A program made the position numbers and the translations under genes. 64,000 nt of DNA. It comes from Eledone cirrhosa (lineage: Eukaryota). Every line of letters starts with the position of its first letter. Position 1 is the first letter of the stretch. The notes below the pieces were generated by a model, which saw nothing but the letters and a program-made list of their open reading frames with translations, was not told the DNA's origin and searched no databases. The stretch covers positions 417,942,001 through 418,006,000 of the forward strand of contig OZ024740.1 of assembly GCA_964016885.1 (NCBI GenBank), read 5' to 3'. Positions 15,001-30,000 of this stretch are shown here, piece by piece.

Positions 15001-18000
15001 TTACATGACCAACACCATAGAAAGAGGTGGAGGTGTCTACAATCCTGACATGACCAACACCATAGAAAGAGGTGGAGGTGTCTACATCCCCGACATGACC
15101 AACACCATAGAAAGAGGTGGAGGTGTCTACATCCCTGACATGACCAACACCATAGAAAGAGGTGGAGGTGTCTACATCCCTTACATGACCAACACCATAG
15201 AAAGAGGTGGAGGTGTCTACATCCCTGACATGACCAACACCATAGAAAGAGGTGGTGGTGTCTACAATCCTGACATGACCAACACCATAGAAAGAGGTGG
15301 AGGTGTCTACATCCCCGACATGACCAACACCATAGAAAGAAGTGGAGATGTCTACATCCCTGACATGACCAACATCATAGAAAGAGGTGGAGGTGTCTAC
15401 ATCCCTTACATGACCAACACCATAGAAAGAGGTGGAGGTGTCTACATCCCTGACATGACCAACACCATAGAAAGAGGTGGAGGTGTCTACATCCCTGACA
15501 TGACCAACACCATAGAAAGAGGTGGAGGTGTCTACATCCCTGACATGACCAACACCATAGAAAGAGGTGGAGGTGTCTACATCCCTGACATGACCAACAC
15601 CATAGAAAGAGGTGGAGGTGTCTACATCCCTTACATGACCAACACCATAGAAAGAGGTGGAGGTGTCTACATCCCTGACATGACCAACACCATAGAAAGA
15701 GGTGGAGGTGTCTACATCCCTGACATGACCAACACCATAGAAAGAGGTGGAGGTGTCTACATCCCTTACATGACCAACACCATAGAAAGAGGTGGAGGTG
15801 TCTACAATCCCTGACATGACCAACACCATAGAAAGAGGTGGAGGTGTCTACATCCCTGACATGACCAACACCATAGAAAGAGGTGGAGGTGTCTACATCC
15901 CTGATATGACCAACAACATAGAAAGAGGTGGAGGTGTCTACATCCCTGACATGACCAACAACATAGAAAGAGGTGGAGGTGTCTACATCCCTGACATGAC
16001 CAACACCATAGAAAGAGGTGGAGGTGTCTACATCCCTGACATGACCAACACCATAGAAAGAGGTGGAGGTGTCTACATCCCTGACATGACCAACACCATA
16101 GAAAGAGGTGGAGGTGTCTACATCCCTGACATGACCAACACCATAGAAAGAGGTGGAGGTGTCTACAATCCTGACATGACCAACACCATAGAAAGAGGTG
16201 GAGGTGTCTACATCCCTGACATGACCAACACCATAGAAAGAGGTGGAGGTGTCTACATCCCTGACATGACCAACACCATAGAAAGAGGTGGAGGTGTCTA
16301 CATCCCTGACATGACCAACACCATAGAAAGAGGTGGAGGTGTCTACAATCCTGACATGACCAACACCATAGAAAGAGGTGGAGTTTTCTACATCCCTGAC
16401 ATGACCAACACCATAGAAAGAGGTGGAGGTGTCTACATCCCTGACATGACCAACACCATAGAAAGAGGTGGATGTGTCTATATCCCAGACATGACCAACA
16501 CCATAGAAAGAGGGGGAGGTGTCTACATCCCCGACATGACCAACACCATAGAAAGAGGTGGAGATGTCTACATCGCTGACATGACCAACACCATAGAAAG
16601 AGGTGGAGGTGTCTACATCCCTGACATGACCAACACCATAGAAAGAGGTGGAGGTGTCTACATCCCTGACATGACCAACACCATAGAAAGAGGTGGAGAT
16701 GTCTACATCCCTGACATGACCAACACCATAGAAAGAAGTGGAGGTGTCTACAATCGTGACATGACCAACACCATAGAAAGAGGTGGAGGTGTCTACATCC
16801 CTGACATGACCAACACCATAGAAAGAGGTGGAAGTGTCTACAATCCTGACATGACCAACACCATAGAAAGAGGTGGAGGTGTCTACATCCCCAACATGAC
16901 CAACACCATAGAAAGAGGTGGAGGTGTCTACATCCCCGACATGACCAACACCATAGAAAGAGGTGGAGGTGTCTACAATCCTGACATGACCAACACCATA
17001 GAAAGAGGTGGAGGTGTCTACATCCCTGACATGACCAACACCATAGAAAGAGGTGGAGGTGTCTACATCCCCGACATGACCAACACCATAGAAAGAGGTG
17101 GAGGTGTCTACAATCCTGACATGACCAACAACAGAGAAAGAGGTGGATGTGTCTACAATCCTGACATGACCAACACCATAGAAAGAGGTGGAGGTGTCTA
17201 CATCCCTGACATGACCAACACCATAGAAAGAGGTGGAGGTGTCTACAATCCTGACATGACCAACACCATAGAAAGAGGTGGAGGTGTCTACATCCCCGAC
17301 ATGACCAACACCATAGAAAGAGGTGGAGGTGTCTACATCCCCAACATGAACAACACCATAGAAAGAGGTGGAGGTGTCTACATCCCCGACATGACCAACA
17401 CCATAGAAAGAGGTGGAGGTGTCTACATCCCCAACATGACAACACCATAGAAAGAGGTGGAGGTGTCTACATCCCCGACATGACCAACACCATAGAAAGA
17501 GGTGGAGGTGTCTACAATCCTGACATGACCAACACCATAGAAAGAGGTGGAGGTGTCTACATCCCTGACATGACCAACACCATAGAAAGAGGTGGAGGTG
17601 TCTACATCCCCGACATGACCAACACCATAGAAAGAGGTGGAGGTGTCTACATCCCTGACATGACCAACACCATAGAAAGAGGTGGAGGTGTCTACAATCC
17701 TGACATGACCAACACCATAGAAAGAGGTGGAGGTGTCTACAATCCTGACATGACCAACACCATAGAAAGAGGTGGAGGTGTCTACATCCCTGACATGACC
17801 AACACCATAGAAAGAGGTGGAGGTGTCTACATCCCCGACATGACCAACACCATAGAAAGAGGTGGAGGTGTCTACATCCCTGACATGACCAACACCATAG
17901 AAAGAGGTGGAGGTGTCTACAATCCTGACATGACCAACACCATAGAAAGAGGTGGAGGTGTCTACAATCCTGACATGACCAACACCATAGAAAGAGGTGG

Positions 18001-21000
18001 AGGTGTCTACATCCCTGACATGACCAACACCATAGAAAGAGGTGGAGGTGTCTACATCCCCGACATGACCAACACCATAGAAAGAGGTGGAGGTGTCTAC
18101 AATCCTGACATGACCAACAACAGAGAAAGAGGTGGATGTGTCTACAATCCTGACATGACCAACACCATAGAAAGAGGTGGAGGTGTCTACATCCCTGACA
18201 TGACCAACACCATAGAAAGAGGTGGAGGTGTCTACAATCCTGACATGACCAACACCATAGAAAGAGGTGGAGGTGTCTACATCCCCGACATGACCAACAC
18301 CATAGAAAGAGGTGGAGGTGTCTACATCCCCAACATGACCAACACCATAGAAAGAGGTGGAGGTGTCTACATCCCCGACATGACCAACACCATAGAAAGA
18401 GGTGGAGGTGTCTACATCCCCAACATGACCAACACCATAGAAAGAGGTGGAGGTGTCTACATCCCCGACATGACCAACACCATAGAAAGAGGTGGAGGTG
18501 TCTACATCCCCAACATGACCAACACCATAGAAAGAGGTGGAGGTGTCTACATCCCCGACATGACCAACACCATAGAAAGAGGTGGAGGTGTCTACAATCC
18601 TGACATGACCAACACCATAGAAAGAGGTGGAGGTGTCTACATCCCTGACATGACCAACACCATAGAAAGAGGTGGAGGTGTCTACATCCCCGACATGACC
18701 AACACCATAGAAAGAGGTGGAGGTGTCTACATCCCCGACATGACCAACACCATAGAAAGAGGTGGAGGTGTCTACATCCCTGACATGACCAACACCATAG
18801 AAAGAGATGGAGGTGTCTACAATCCTGACATGACCAACACCATAGAAAGAGGTGGAGGTGTCTACAATCCTGACATGACCAACACCATAGAAAGAGGTGG
18901 AGGTGTCTACATCCCTGACATGACCAACACCATAGAAAGAGGTGGAGGTGTCTACAATCCTGACGTGACCAACACCATAGAAAGAGGTGGAGGTGTCTAC
19001 ATCCCCGACATGACCAACACCATAGAAAGAGGTGGAGGTGTCTACATCCCTGACATGACCAACACCATAGAAAGAGGTGGAGGTGTCTACAATCCTGACA
19101 TGACCAACACCATAGAAAGAGGTGGAGGTGTCTACATCCCTGACATGACCAACACCATATAAAGAGGTGGAGGTGTCTACATCCCTGACATGACCAACAC
19201 CATAGAAAGAGGTGGATGTGTCTATATCCCTGACATGACCAACACCATAGAAAGAGGTGGAGGTGTCTACATCCCCGACATGACCAACACCATAGAAAGA
19301 GGTGGAGATGTCTACATCGCTGACATGACCAACACCATAGAAAGAGGTGGAGGTGTCTACATCCCTGACATGACCAACACCATAGAAAGAGGTGGAGGTG
19401 TCTACATCCCCGACATGACCAACACCATAGAAAGAGGTGGAGGTGTCTACAATCGTGACATGACCAACACCATAGAAAGAGGTGGAGGTGTCTACATCCC
19501 TGACATGACCAACAACAGAGAAAGAGGTGGATGTGTCTACAATCCTGACATGACCAACACCATAGAAAGAGGTGGAGGTGTCTACATCCCTGACATGACC
19601 AACACCATAGAAAGAGGTGGAGGTGTCTACATCCCTGACATGACCAACACCATAGAAAGAGGTGGAGGTGTCTACATCCCTGACATGACCAACACCATAG
19701 AAAGAGGTGGAGGTGTCTACAATCCTGACATGACCAACACCATAGAAAGAGGTGGAGGTGTCTACATCCCCGACATGACCAACACCATAGAAAGAGGTGG
19801 AGGTGTCTACATCCCCGACATGACCAACACCATAGAAAGAGGTGGAGGTGTCTACAATCCTGACATGACCAACACCATAGAAAGAGGTGGAGGTGTCTAC
19901 ATCCCTGACATGACCAACACCATAGAAAGAGGTGGAGGTGTCTACATCCCCGACATGACCAACACCATAGAAAGAAGTGGAGGTGTCTACATCCCCGACA
20001 TGACCAACACCATAGAAAGAGGTGGAGGTGTCTACATCCCTGACATGACCAACACCATAGAAAGAGGTGGAGGTGTCTACAATCCTGACATGACCAACAC
20101 CATAGAAAGAGGTGGAGGTGTCTACATCCCTGACATGACCAACACCATAGAAAGAGGTGGAGGTGTCTACAATCCTGACATGACCAACACCATAGAAAGA
20201 GGTGGAGGTGTCTACATCCCCGACATGACCAACACCATAGAAAGAGGTGGAGGTGTCTACATCCCTGACATGACCAACACCATAGAAAGAGGTGGAGGTG
20301 TCTACATCCCCGACATGACCAACACCATAGAAAGAGGTGGAGGTGTCTACATCCCTGACATGACCAACACCATAGAAAGAGGTGGAGGTGTCTACAATCC
20401 TGACATGACCAACACCATAGAAAGAGGTGAAGGTGTCTACATCCCCGACATGACCAACACCATAGAAAGAGGTGGAGGTGTCTACATCCCCGACATGACC
20501 AACACCATAGAAAGAGGTGGAGGTGTCTACATCCCTGACATGACCAACACCATAGAAAGAGATGGAGGTGTCTACAATCCAGACATGACCAACACCATAG
20601 AAAGAGGTGGAGGTGTCTACAATCCTGACATGACCAACACCATAGAAAGAGGTGGAGGTGTCTACATCCCTGACATGACCAACACCATAGAAAGAGGTGG
20701 AGGTGTCTACATCCCTGACATGACCAACACCATAGAAAGAGGTGGAGGTGTCTACATCCCTGACATGACCAACACCATAGAAAGAGGTGGAGGTGTCTAC
20801 ATCCCTGACATGACCAACACCATAGAAAGAGGTGGAGGTGTCTACATCCCTGACATGACCAACACCATAGAAAGAGGTGGAGGTGTCTACATCCCTGACA
20901 TGACCAACACCATAGAAAGAGGTGGAGGTGTCTACATCCCTGACATGACCAACACCATAGAAAGAGGTGGAGGTGTCTACATCCCTGACATGACCAACAC

Positions 21001-24000
21001 CATAGAAAGAGGTGGAGGTGTCTACAATCCTGACATGACCAACACCATAGAAAGAGGTGGAGGTGTCTACATCCCTGACATGACCAACACCATAGAAAGA
21101 GGTGGAGGTGTCTACATCCCTGACATGACCAACACCATAGAAAGAGGTGGATGTGTCTACATCCCTGACATGACCAACACCATAGAAAGAGGTGGAGGTG
21201 TCTACATCCCTGATATGACCAACACCATAGAAAGAGGTGGAGGTGTCTACAATCCTGACATGACCAACACCATAGAAAGAGGTGGAGGTGTCTACATCCC
21301 TGACATGACCAACACCATAGAAAGAGGTGGAGGTGTCTACAATCCTGACATGACCAACACCATAGAAAGAGGTGGAGGTGTCTACATCCCTGACATGACC
21401 AACACCATAGAAAGAGGTGGAGATGTCTACATCCCTGACATGACCAACACCATAGAAAGAGGTGGAGGTGTCTACATCCCCGACATGACCAACACCATAG
21501 AAAGAGGTGGAGGTGTCTACAATCCTGACATGACCAACACCATAGAAACAGGTGGAGGTGTCTACATCCCTGACATGACCAACACCATAGAAACAGGTGG
21601 AGATGTCTACATCCCTGACATGACCAACACCATAGAAATAGGTGGAGGTGTCTACATCCCCGACATGACCAACACCATAGAAAGAGGTGGAGGTGTCTAC
21701 AATCCCTGACATGACCAACACCATAGAAAGAGGTGGAGATGTCTACATCCCCGACATGACCAACACCATAGAAAGAGGTGGAGGTGTCTACATCCCCGAC
21801 ATGACCAACACCATAGAAATAGGTGGAGGTGTCTACATCCCCGACATGACCAACACCATAGAAAGAGGTGGAGGTGTCTACATCCCTGACCTGACCAACA
21901 CCATAGAAAGAGGTGGAGGTGTCTACATCCCCGACATGACCAACACCATAGAAAGAGGTGGAGGTGTCTACATCCCCGACATGACCAACACCATAGAAAC
22001 AGGTGGAGGTGTCTACATCCCCGACATGACCAACACCATAGAAAGAGGTGGAGGTGTCTACAATCCTGACATGACCAACACCATAGAAACAGGTGGAGGT
22101 GTCTACATCCCTGACATGACCAACACCATAGAAAGAGGTGGATGTGTCTATATCCCTGACATGACCAACACCATAGAAAGAGGTGGAGGTGTCTACAATC
22201 CTGACATGACCAACACCATAGAAAGAGGTGGAGGTGTCTACAATCCTGACATGACCAACACCATAGAAAGAGGTGGAGGTGTCTACAATCCTGACATGAC
22301 CAACACCATAGAAAGAGGTGGAGATGTCTACATCCCTGACATGACCAACACCATAGAAAGAGGTGGAGGTGTCTACAATCCTGACATGACCAACACCATA
22401 GAAAGAGGTGGAGGTGTCTACAATCCTGACATGACCAACACCATAGAAAGAGGTGGAGGTGTCTACAATCCTGACATGACCAACACCATAGAAAGAGGTG
22501 GAGGTGTCTACATCCCCGACATGACCAACACCATAGAAAGAGGTGGAGGTGTCTACATCCCTGACATGACCAACACCATAGAAAGAGGTGGAGGTGTCTA
22601 CATCCCCGACATGACCAACACCATAGAAAGAGGTGGAGGTGTCTACAATCCTGACATGACCAACACCATAGAAAGAGGTGGAGGTGTCTACATCCCCGAC
22701 ATGACCAACACCATAGAAAGAGGTGGAGGTGTCTACATCCCCGACATGACCAACACCATAGAAAGAGGTGGATGTGTCTACATCCCCGACATGACCAACA
22801 CCATAGAAAGAGGTGGAGGTGTCTACAATCCTGACTTGACCAACACCATAGAAAGAGGTGGAGGTGTCTACATCCCCGACATGACCAACACCATAGAAAG
22901 AGGTGGAGGTGTCTACATCCCTGACATGACCAACACCATAGAAAGAGGTGGAGGTGTCTACATCCCCGACATGACCAACACCATAGAAAGAGGTGGAGGT
23001 GTCTACAATCCTGACTTGACCAACACCATAGAAAGAGGTGGAGGTGTCTACAATCCTGACATGACCAACACCATAGAAAGAGGTGGAGGTGTATACATCC
23101 CTGACATGACCAACACCATAGAAAGAGGTGGAGGTGTCTACATCACTGACATGACCAACACCATAGAAAGAGGTGGAGGTGTCTACAATCCTGACATGAC
23201 CAACACCATAGAAAGAGGTGGAGATGTCTACATCCCTGACATGACCAACACCATAGAAAGAGGTGGATGTGTCTACATCCCTGACATGACCAACACCATA
23301 GAAAGAGGTGGAGGTGTCTACATCCCTGACATGACCAACACCATAGAAAGAGGTGGAGGTGTCTACATCCCTGACATGACCAACAACATAGAAAGAGGTG
23401 GAGGTGTCTACATCCCTGACATGACCAACACCATAGAAAGAGGTGGAGGTGTCTACATCCCCGACATGACCAACACCATAGAAAGAGGTGGAGGTGTCTA
23501 CATCCCTGACATGACCAACACTATAGAAAGAGGTGGAGGTGTCTACATCCCTGATATGACCAACACCATAGAAAGAGGTGGATGTGTCTACAATCCTGAC
23601 ATGACCAACACCATAGAAAGAGGTGGAGATTGTCTACATCCCTGACATGACCAACACCATAGAAAGAGGTGGAGGTGTCTACATCCCCGACATGACCAAC
23701 ACCATAGAAAGAGGTGGAGGTGTCTACAATCCTGACTTGACCAACACCATAGAAAGAGGTGGAGGTGTCTACAATCCTGACATGACCAACACCATAGAAA
23801 GAGGTGGAGGTGTCTACATTCCTGACATGACCAACACCATAGAAAGAGGTGGAGGTGTCTACATCCCTGACATGACCAACACCATAGAAAGAGGTGGAGG
23901 TGTCTACATCCCCGACATGACCAACACCATAGAAAGAGGTGGAGATGTCTACATCCCTGACATGACCAACACCATAGAAAGAGGTGGAGGTGTCTACATC

Positions 24001-27000
24001 CCCGACATGACCAACACCATAGAAAGAGGTGGAGGTGTCTACAATCCTGACATGACCAACACCATAAAAGAGGTGGATGTGTCTATATCCCTGACATGAC
24101 CAACACCATAGAAAGAGGTGGAGGTGTCTACATCCCCGACATGACCAACACCATAGAAAGAGGTGGAGGTGTCTACAATCCTGACATGACCAACACCATA
24201 GAAAGAGGTGGAGGTGTCTACAATCCTGACATGACCAACACCATAGAAAGAGGTGGAGGTGTCTACATCCCTGACATGACCAACACCATAGAAAGAGGTG
24301 GAGATGTCTACATCCCTGACATGACCAACACCATAGAAAGAGGTGGAGGTGTCTACAATCCTGACATGACCAACACCATAGAAAGAGGTGGAGGTGTCTA
24401 CAATCCTGACATGACCAACACCATAGAAAGAGGTGGAGGTGTCTACATCCCTGACATGACCAACACCATAGAAAGAGGTGGAGATGTCTACATCCCTGAC
24501 ATGACCAACACCATAGAAAGAGGTGGAGGTGTCTACATCCCCGACATGACCCACACCATAGAAAGAGGTGGAGGTGTCTACAATCCTGACATGACCAACA
24601 CCATAGAAAGAGGTGGAGGTGTCTACAATCCTGACATGACCAACACCATAGAAAGAGGTGGAGGTGTCTACAATCCTGACATGACCAACACCATAGAAAG
24701 AGGTGGAGGTGTCTACATCCCTGACATGACCAACACCATAGAAAGAGGTGGAGGTGTCTACATCCCTGACATGACCAACACCATAGAAAGAGGTGGAGAT
24801 GTCTACATCCCTGACATGACCAACACCATAGAAAGAGGTGGAGGTGTCTACATCCCCGACATGACCAACACCATAGAAAGAGGTGGAGGTGTCTACAATC
24901 CTGACATGACCAACACCATAGAAACAGGTGGAGGTGTCTACATCCCTGACATGACCAACACCATAGAAAGAGGTGGAGATGTCTACATCCCTGACATGAC
25001 CAACACCATAGAAATAGGTGGAGGTGTCTACATCCCCGACATGACCAACACCATAGAAAGAGGTGGAGGTGTCTACAATCCTGACATGACCAACACCATA
25101 GAAACAGGTGGAGGTGTCTACATCCCTGACATGACCAACACCATAGAAAGTGGTGGAGATGTCTACATCCCTGACATGACCCACACCATAGAAAGAGGTG
25201 GAGGTGTCTACATCCCTGACATGACCAACACCATAGAAAGAGGTGGAGGTGTCTACATCACCGACATGACCCACACCATAGAAAGAGGTGGAGGTGTCTA
25301 CAATCCTGACATGACCAACACCATAGAAAGAGGTGGAGGTGTCTACATCCCTGACATGACCAACACCATAGAAAGAGGTTGAGGTGTATACAATCCTGAC
25401 ATGACCAACACCATAGAAAGAGGTGGAGGTGTCTACAATCCCGACATGACCAACACCATAGAAAGAGGTTGAGGTGTATACAATCCCGACATGACCAACA
25501 CCATAGAAAGAGGTGGAGGTGTCTACAGCCCTGACATGACCAACACCATAGAAAGAGGTGGTGTCTACAATCCTGACATGACCAACACCATAGAAAGACG
25601 TGGATGTGTCTACATCCCCGACATGACCAACACCATAGAAAGATGTGGAGGTGTCTACAATCATGACATGACCAACACCATAGAAAGAGGTGGAGGTGTC
25701 TACAATCCCGACATGACCAACACCATAGAAAGAGGTTGAGGTGTATACAATCCTGACATGACCAACACCATAGAAAGAGGTGGAGGTGTCTACAATCCCG
25801 ACATGACCAACACCATAGAAAGAGGTTGAGGTGTATACAATCCCGACATGACCAACACCATAGAAAGAGGTGGAGGTGTCTACAATCCTGACATGACCAA
25901 CACCATAGAAAGAGGTGGAGATTGTCTACATCCCTGACATGACCAACACCATAGAAAGAGGTGGAGGTGTCTACATCCCCGACATGACCAACACCATAGA
26001 AAGAGGTGGAGGTGTCTACAATCCTGACTTGACCAACACCATAGAAAGAGGTGGAGGTGTCTACAATCCTGACATGACCAACACCATAGAAAGAGGTGGA
26101 GGTGTCTACATTCCTGACATGACCAACACCATAGAAAGAGGTGGAGGTGTCTACATCCCTGACATGACCAACACCATAGAAAGCGGTGGAGGTGTCTACA
26201 TCCCCGACATGACCAACACCATAGAAAGAGGTGGAGATGTCTACATCCCTGACATGACCAACACCATAGAAAGAGGTGGAGGTGTCTACATCCCCGACAT
26301 GACCAACACCATAGAAAGAGGTGGAGGTGTCTACAATCCTGACATGACCAACACCATAAAAGAGGTGGATGTGTCTATATCCCTGACATGACCAACACCA
26401 TAGAAAGAGGTGGAGATTGTCTACATCCCTGACATGACCAACACCATAGAAAGAGGTGGAGGTGTCTACATCCCCGACATGACCAACACCATAGAAAGAG
26501 GTGGAGGTGTCTACAATCCTGACATGACCAACACCATAGAAAGAGGTGGAGGTGTCTACAATCCTGACATGACCAACACCATAGAAAGAGGTGGAGGTGT
26601 CTACAATCCTGACATGACCAACACCATAGAAAGAGGTGGAGGTGTCTACATCCCTGACATGACCAACACCATAGAAAGAGGTGGAGATGTCTACATCCCT
26701 GACATGACCAACACCATAGAAAGAGGTGGAGGTGTCTACATCCCCGACATGACCCACACCATAGAAAGAGGTGGAGGTGTCTACAATCCTGACATGACCA
26801 ACACCATAGAAAGAGGTGGAGGTGTCTACAATCCTGACATGACCAACACCATAGAAAGAGGTGGAGGTGTCTACAATCCTGACATGACCAACACCATAGA
26901 AAGAGGTGGAGGTGTCTACATCCCTGACATGACCAACACCATAGAAAGAGGTGGAGGTGTCTACATCCCTGACATGACCAACACCATAGAAAGAGGTGGA

Positions 27001-30000
27001 GATGTCTACATCCCTGACATGACCAACACCATAGAAAGAGTTGGAGGTGTCTACATCCCCGACATGACCAACACCATAGAAAGAGGTGGAGGTGTCTACA
27101 ATCCTGACATGACCAACACCATAGAAACAGGTGGAGGTGTCTACATCCCTGACATGACCAACACCATAGAAAGAGGTGGAGATGTCTACATCCCTGACAT
27201 GACCAACACCATAGAAATAGGTGGAGGTGTCTACATCCCCGACATGACCAACACCATAGAAAGAGGTGGAGGTGTCTACAATCCTGACATGACCAACACC
27301 ATAGAAACAGGTGGAGGTGTCTACATCCCTGACATGACCAACACCATAGAAAGTGGTGGAGATGTCTACATCCCTGACATGACCCACACCATAGAAAGAG
27401 GTGGAGGTGTCTACATCCCTGACATGACCAACACCATAGAAAGAGGTGGAGGTGTCTACATCACCGACATGACCCACACCATAGAAAGAGGTGGAGGTGT
27501 CTACAATCCTGACATGACCAACACCATAGAAAGAGGTGGAGGTGTCTACATCCCTGACATGACCAACACCATAGAAAGAGGTTGAGGTGTATACAATCCT
27601 GACATGACCAACACCATAGAAAGAGGTGGAGGTGTCTACAATCCCGACATGACCAACACCATAGAAAGAGGTTGAGGTGTATACAATCCCGACATGACCA
27701 ACACCATAGAAAGAGGTGGAGGTGTCTACAGCCCTGACATGACCAACACCATAGAAAGAGGTGGTGTCTACAATCCTGACATGACCAACACCATAGAAAG
27801 ACGTGGATGTGTCTACATCCCCGACATGACCAACACCATAGAAAGATGTGGAGGTGTCTACAATCATGACATGACCAACACCATAGAAAGAGGTGGAGGT
27901 GTCTACAATCCCGACATGACCAACACCATAGAAAGAGGTTGAGGTGTATACAATCCTGACATGACCAACACCATAGAAAGAGGTGGAGGTGTCTACAATC
28001 CCGACATGACCAACACCATAGAAAGAGGTTGAGGTGTATACAATCCCGACATGACCAACACCATAGAAAGAGGTGGAGGTGTCTACAATCCTGACATGAC
28101 CAACACCATAGAAAGAGGTGAACGTGTCTACATCCCTGACATGACCAACACCATAGAAAGAGGTGGAGGTGTCTCCATCCCAGACATGACCAACACCATA
28201 GAAAGAGGTGGAGGTGTCTACATCCCTGACATGACCAACACCATAGAAAGAGGTGGAGGTGTCTACATCCCTGACATGACCAACACCATAGAAAGAGGTG
28301 GAGGTGTCTACAATCCTGACATGAGCAACACCATAGAAAGAGGTGGAGGTGTCTACATCCCTGACATGACCAACACCATAGAAAGAGGTGGAGGTGTCTA
28401 CATCCCCGACATGACCAACACCATAGAAAGAGGTGGAGGTGTCTACATCCCTGACATGACCAACACCATAGAAAGAGGTGGAAATGTCTACATCCCTGAC
28501 ATGACCAACACCATAGAAAGAGGTGGAGGTGTCTACATCCCCGACATGACCAACACCATAGAAAGAGGTGGAGGTGTCTACATCCCCGACATGACCAACA
28601 CCATAGAAAGAGGTGGAGGTGTCTACAATCCTGACATGACCAACACCATAGAAAGAGGTGGAGGTGTCTACATCCCTGACATGACCAACACCATAGAAAG
28701 AGGTGGAGGTGTCTACAATCCTGACATGACCAACACCATAGAAAGAGGTGGAGGTGTCTACATCCCTGACATGACCAACACCATAGAAAGAGGTGGAGAT
28801 GTCTACATCCCTGACATGACCAACACCATAGAAAGAGGTGGAGGTGTCTACAATCCTGACATGACCAACACCATAGAAAGAGGTGGAGGTGTCTACAATC
28901 CTGACATGACCAACACCATAGAAAGAGGTGGAGGTGTCTACATCCCTGACATGACCAACACCATAGAAAGAGGTGGAGATGTCTACATCCCTGACATGAC
29001 CAACACCATAGAAAGAGGTGGAGGTGTCTACATCCCCGACATGACCCACACCATAGAAAGAGGTGGAGGTGTCTACAATCCTGACATGACCAACACCATA
29101 GAAAGAGGTGGAGGTGTCTACAATCCTGACATGACCAACACCATAGAAAGAGGTGGAGGTGTCTACAATCCTGACATGACCAACACCATAGAAAGAGGTG
29201 GAGGTGTCTACATCCCTGACATGACCAACACCATAGAAAGAGGTGGAGGTGTCTACATCCCTGACATGACCAACACCATAGAAAGAGGTGGAGATGTCTA
29301 CATCCCTGACATGACCAACACCATAGAAAGAGGTGGAGGTGTCTACATCCCCGACATGACCAACACCATAGAAAGAGGTGGAGGTGTCTACAATCCTGAC
29401 ATGACCAACACCATAGAAACAGGTGGAGGTGTCTACATCCCTGACATGACCAACACCATAGAAAGAGGTGGAGATGTCTACATCCCTGACATGACCAACA
29501 CCATAGAAATAGGTGGAGGTGTCTACATCCCCGACATGACCAACACCATAGAAAGAGGTGGAGGTGTCTACAATCCTGACATGACCAACACCATAGAAAC
29601 AGGTGGAGGTGTCTACATCCCTGACATGACCAACACCATAGAAAGTGGTGGAGATGTCTACATCCCTGACATGACCCACACCATAGAAAGAGGTGGAGGT
29701 GTCTACATCCCTGACATGACCAACACCATAGAAAGAGGTGGAGGTGTCTACATCACCGACATGACCCACACCATAGAAAGAGGTGGAGGTGTCTACAATC
29801 CTGACATGACCAACACCATAGAAAGAGGTGGAGGTGTCTACATCCCTGACATGACCAACACCATAGAAAGAGGTTGAGGTGTATACAATCCTGACATGAC
29901 CAACACCATAGAAAGAGGTGGAGGTGTCTACAATCCCGACATGACCAACACCATAGAAAGAGGTTGAGGTGTATACAATCCCGACATGACCAACACCATA

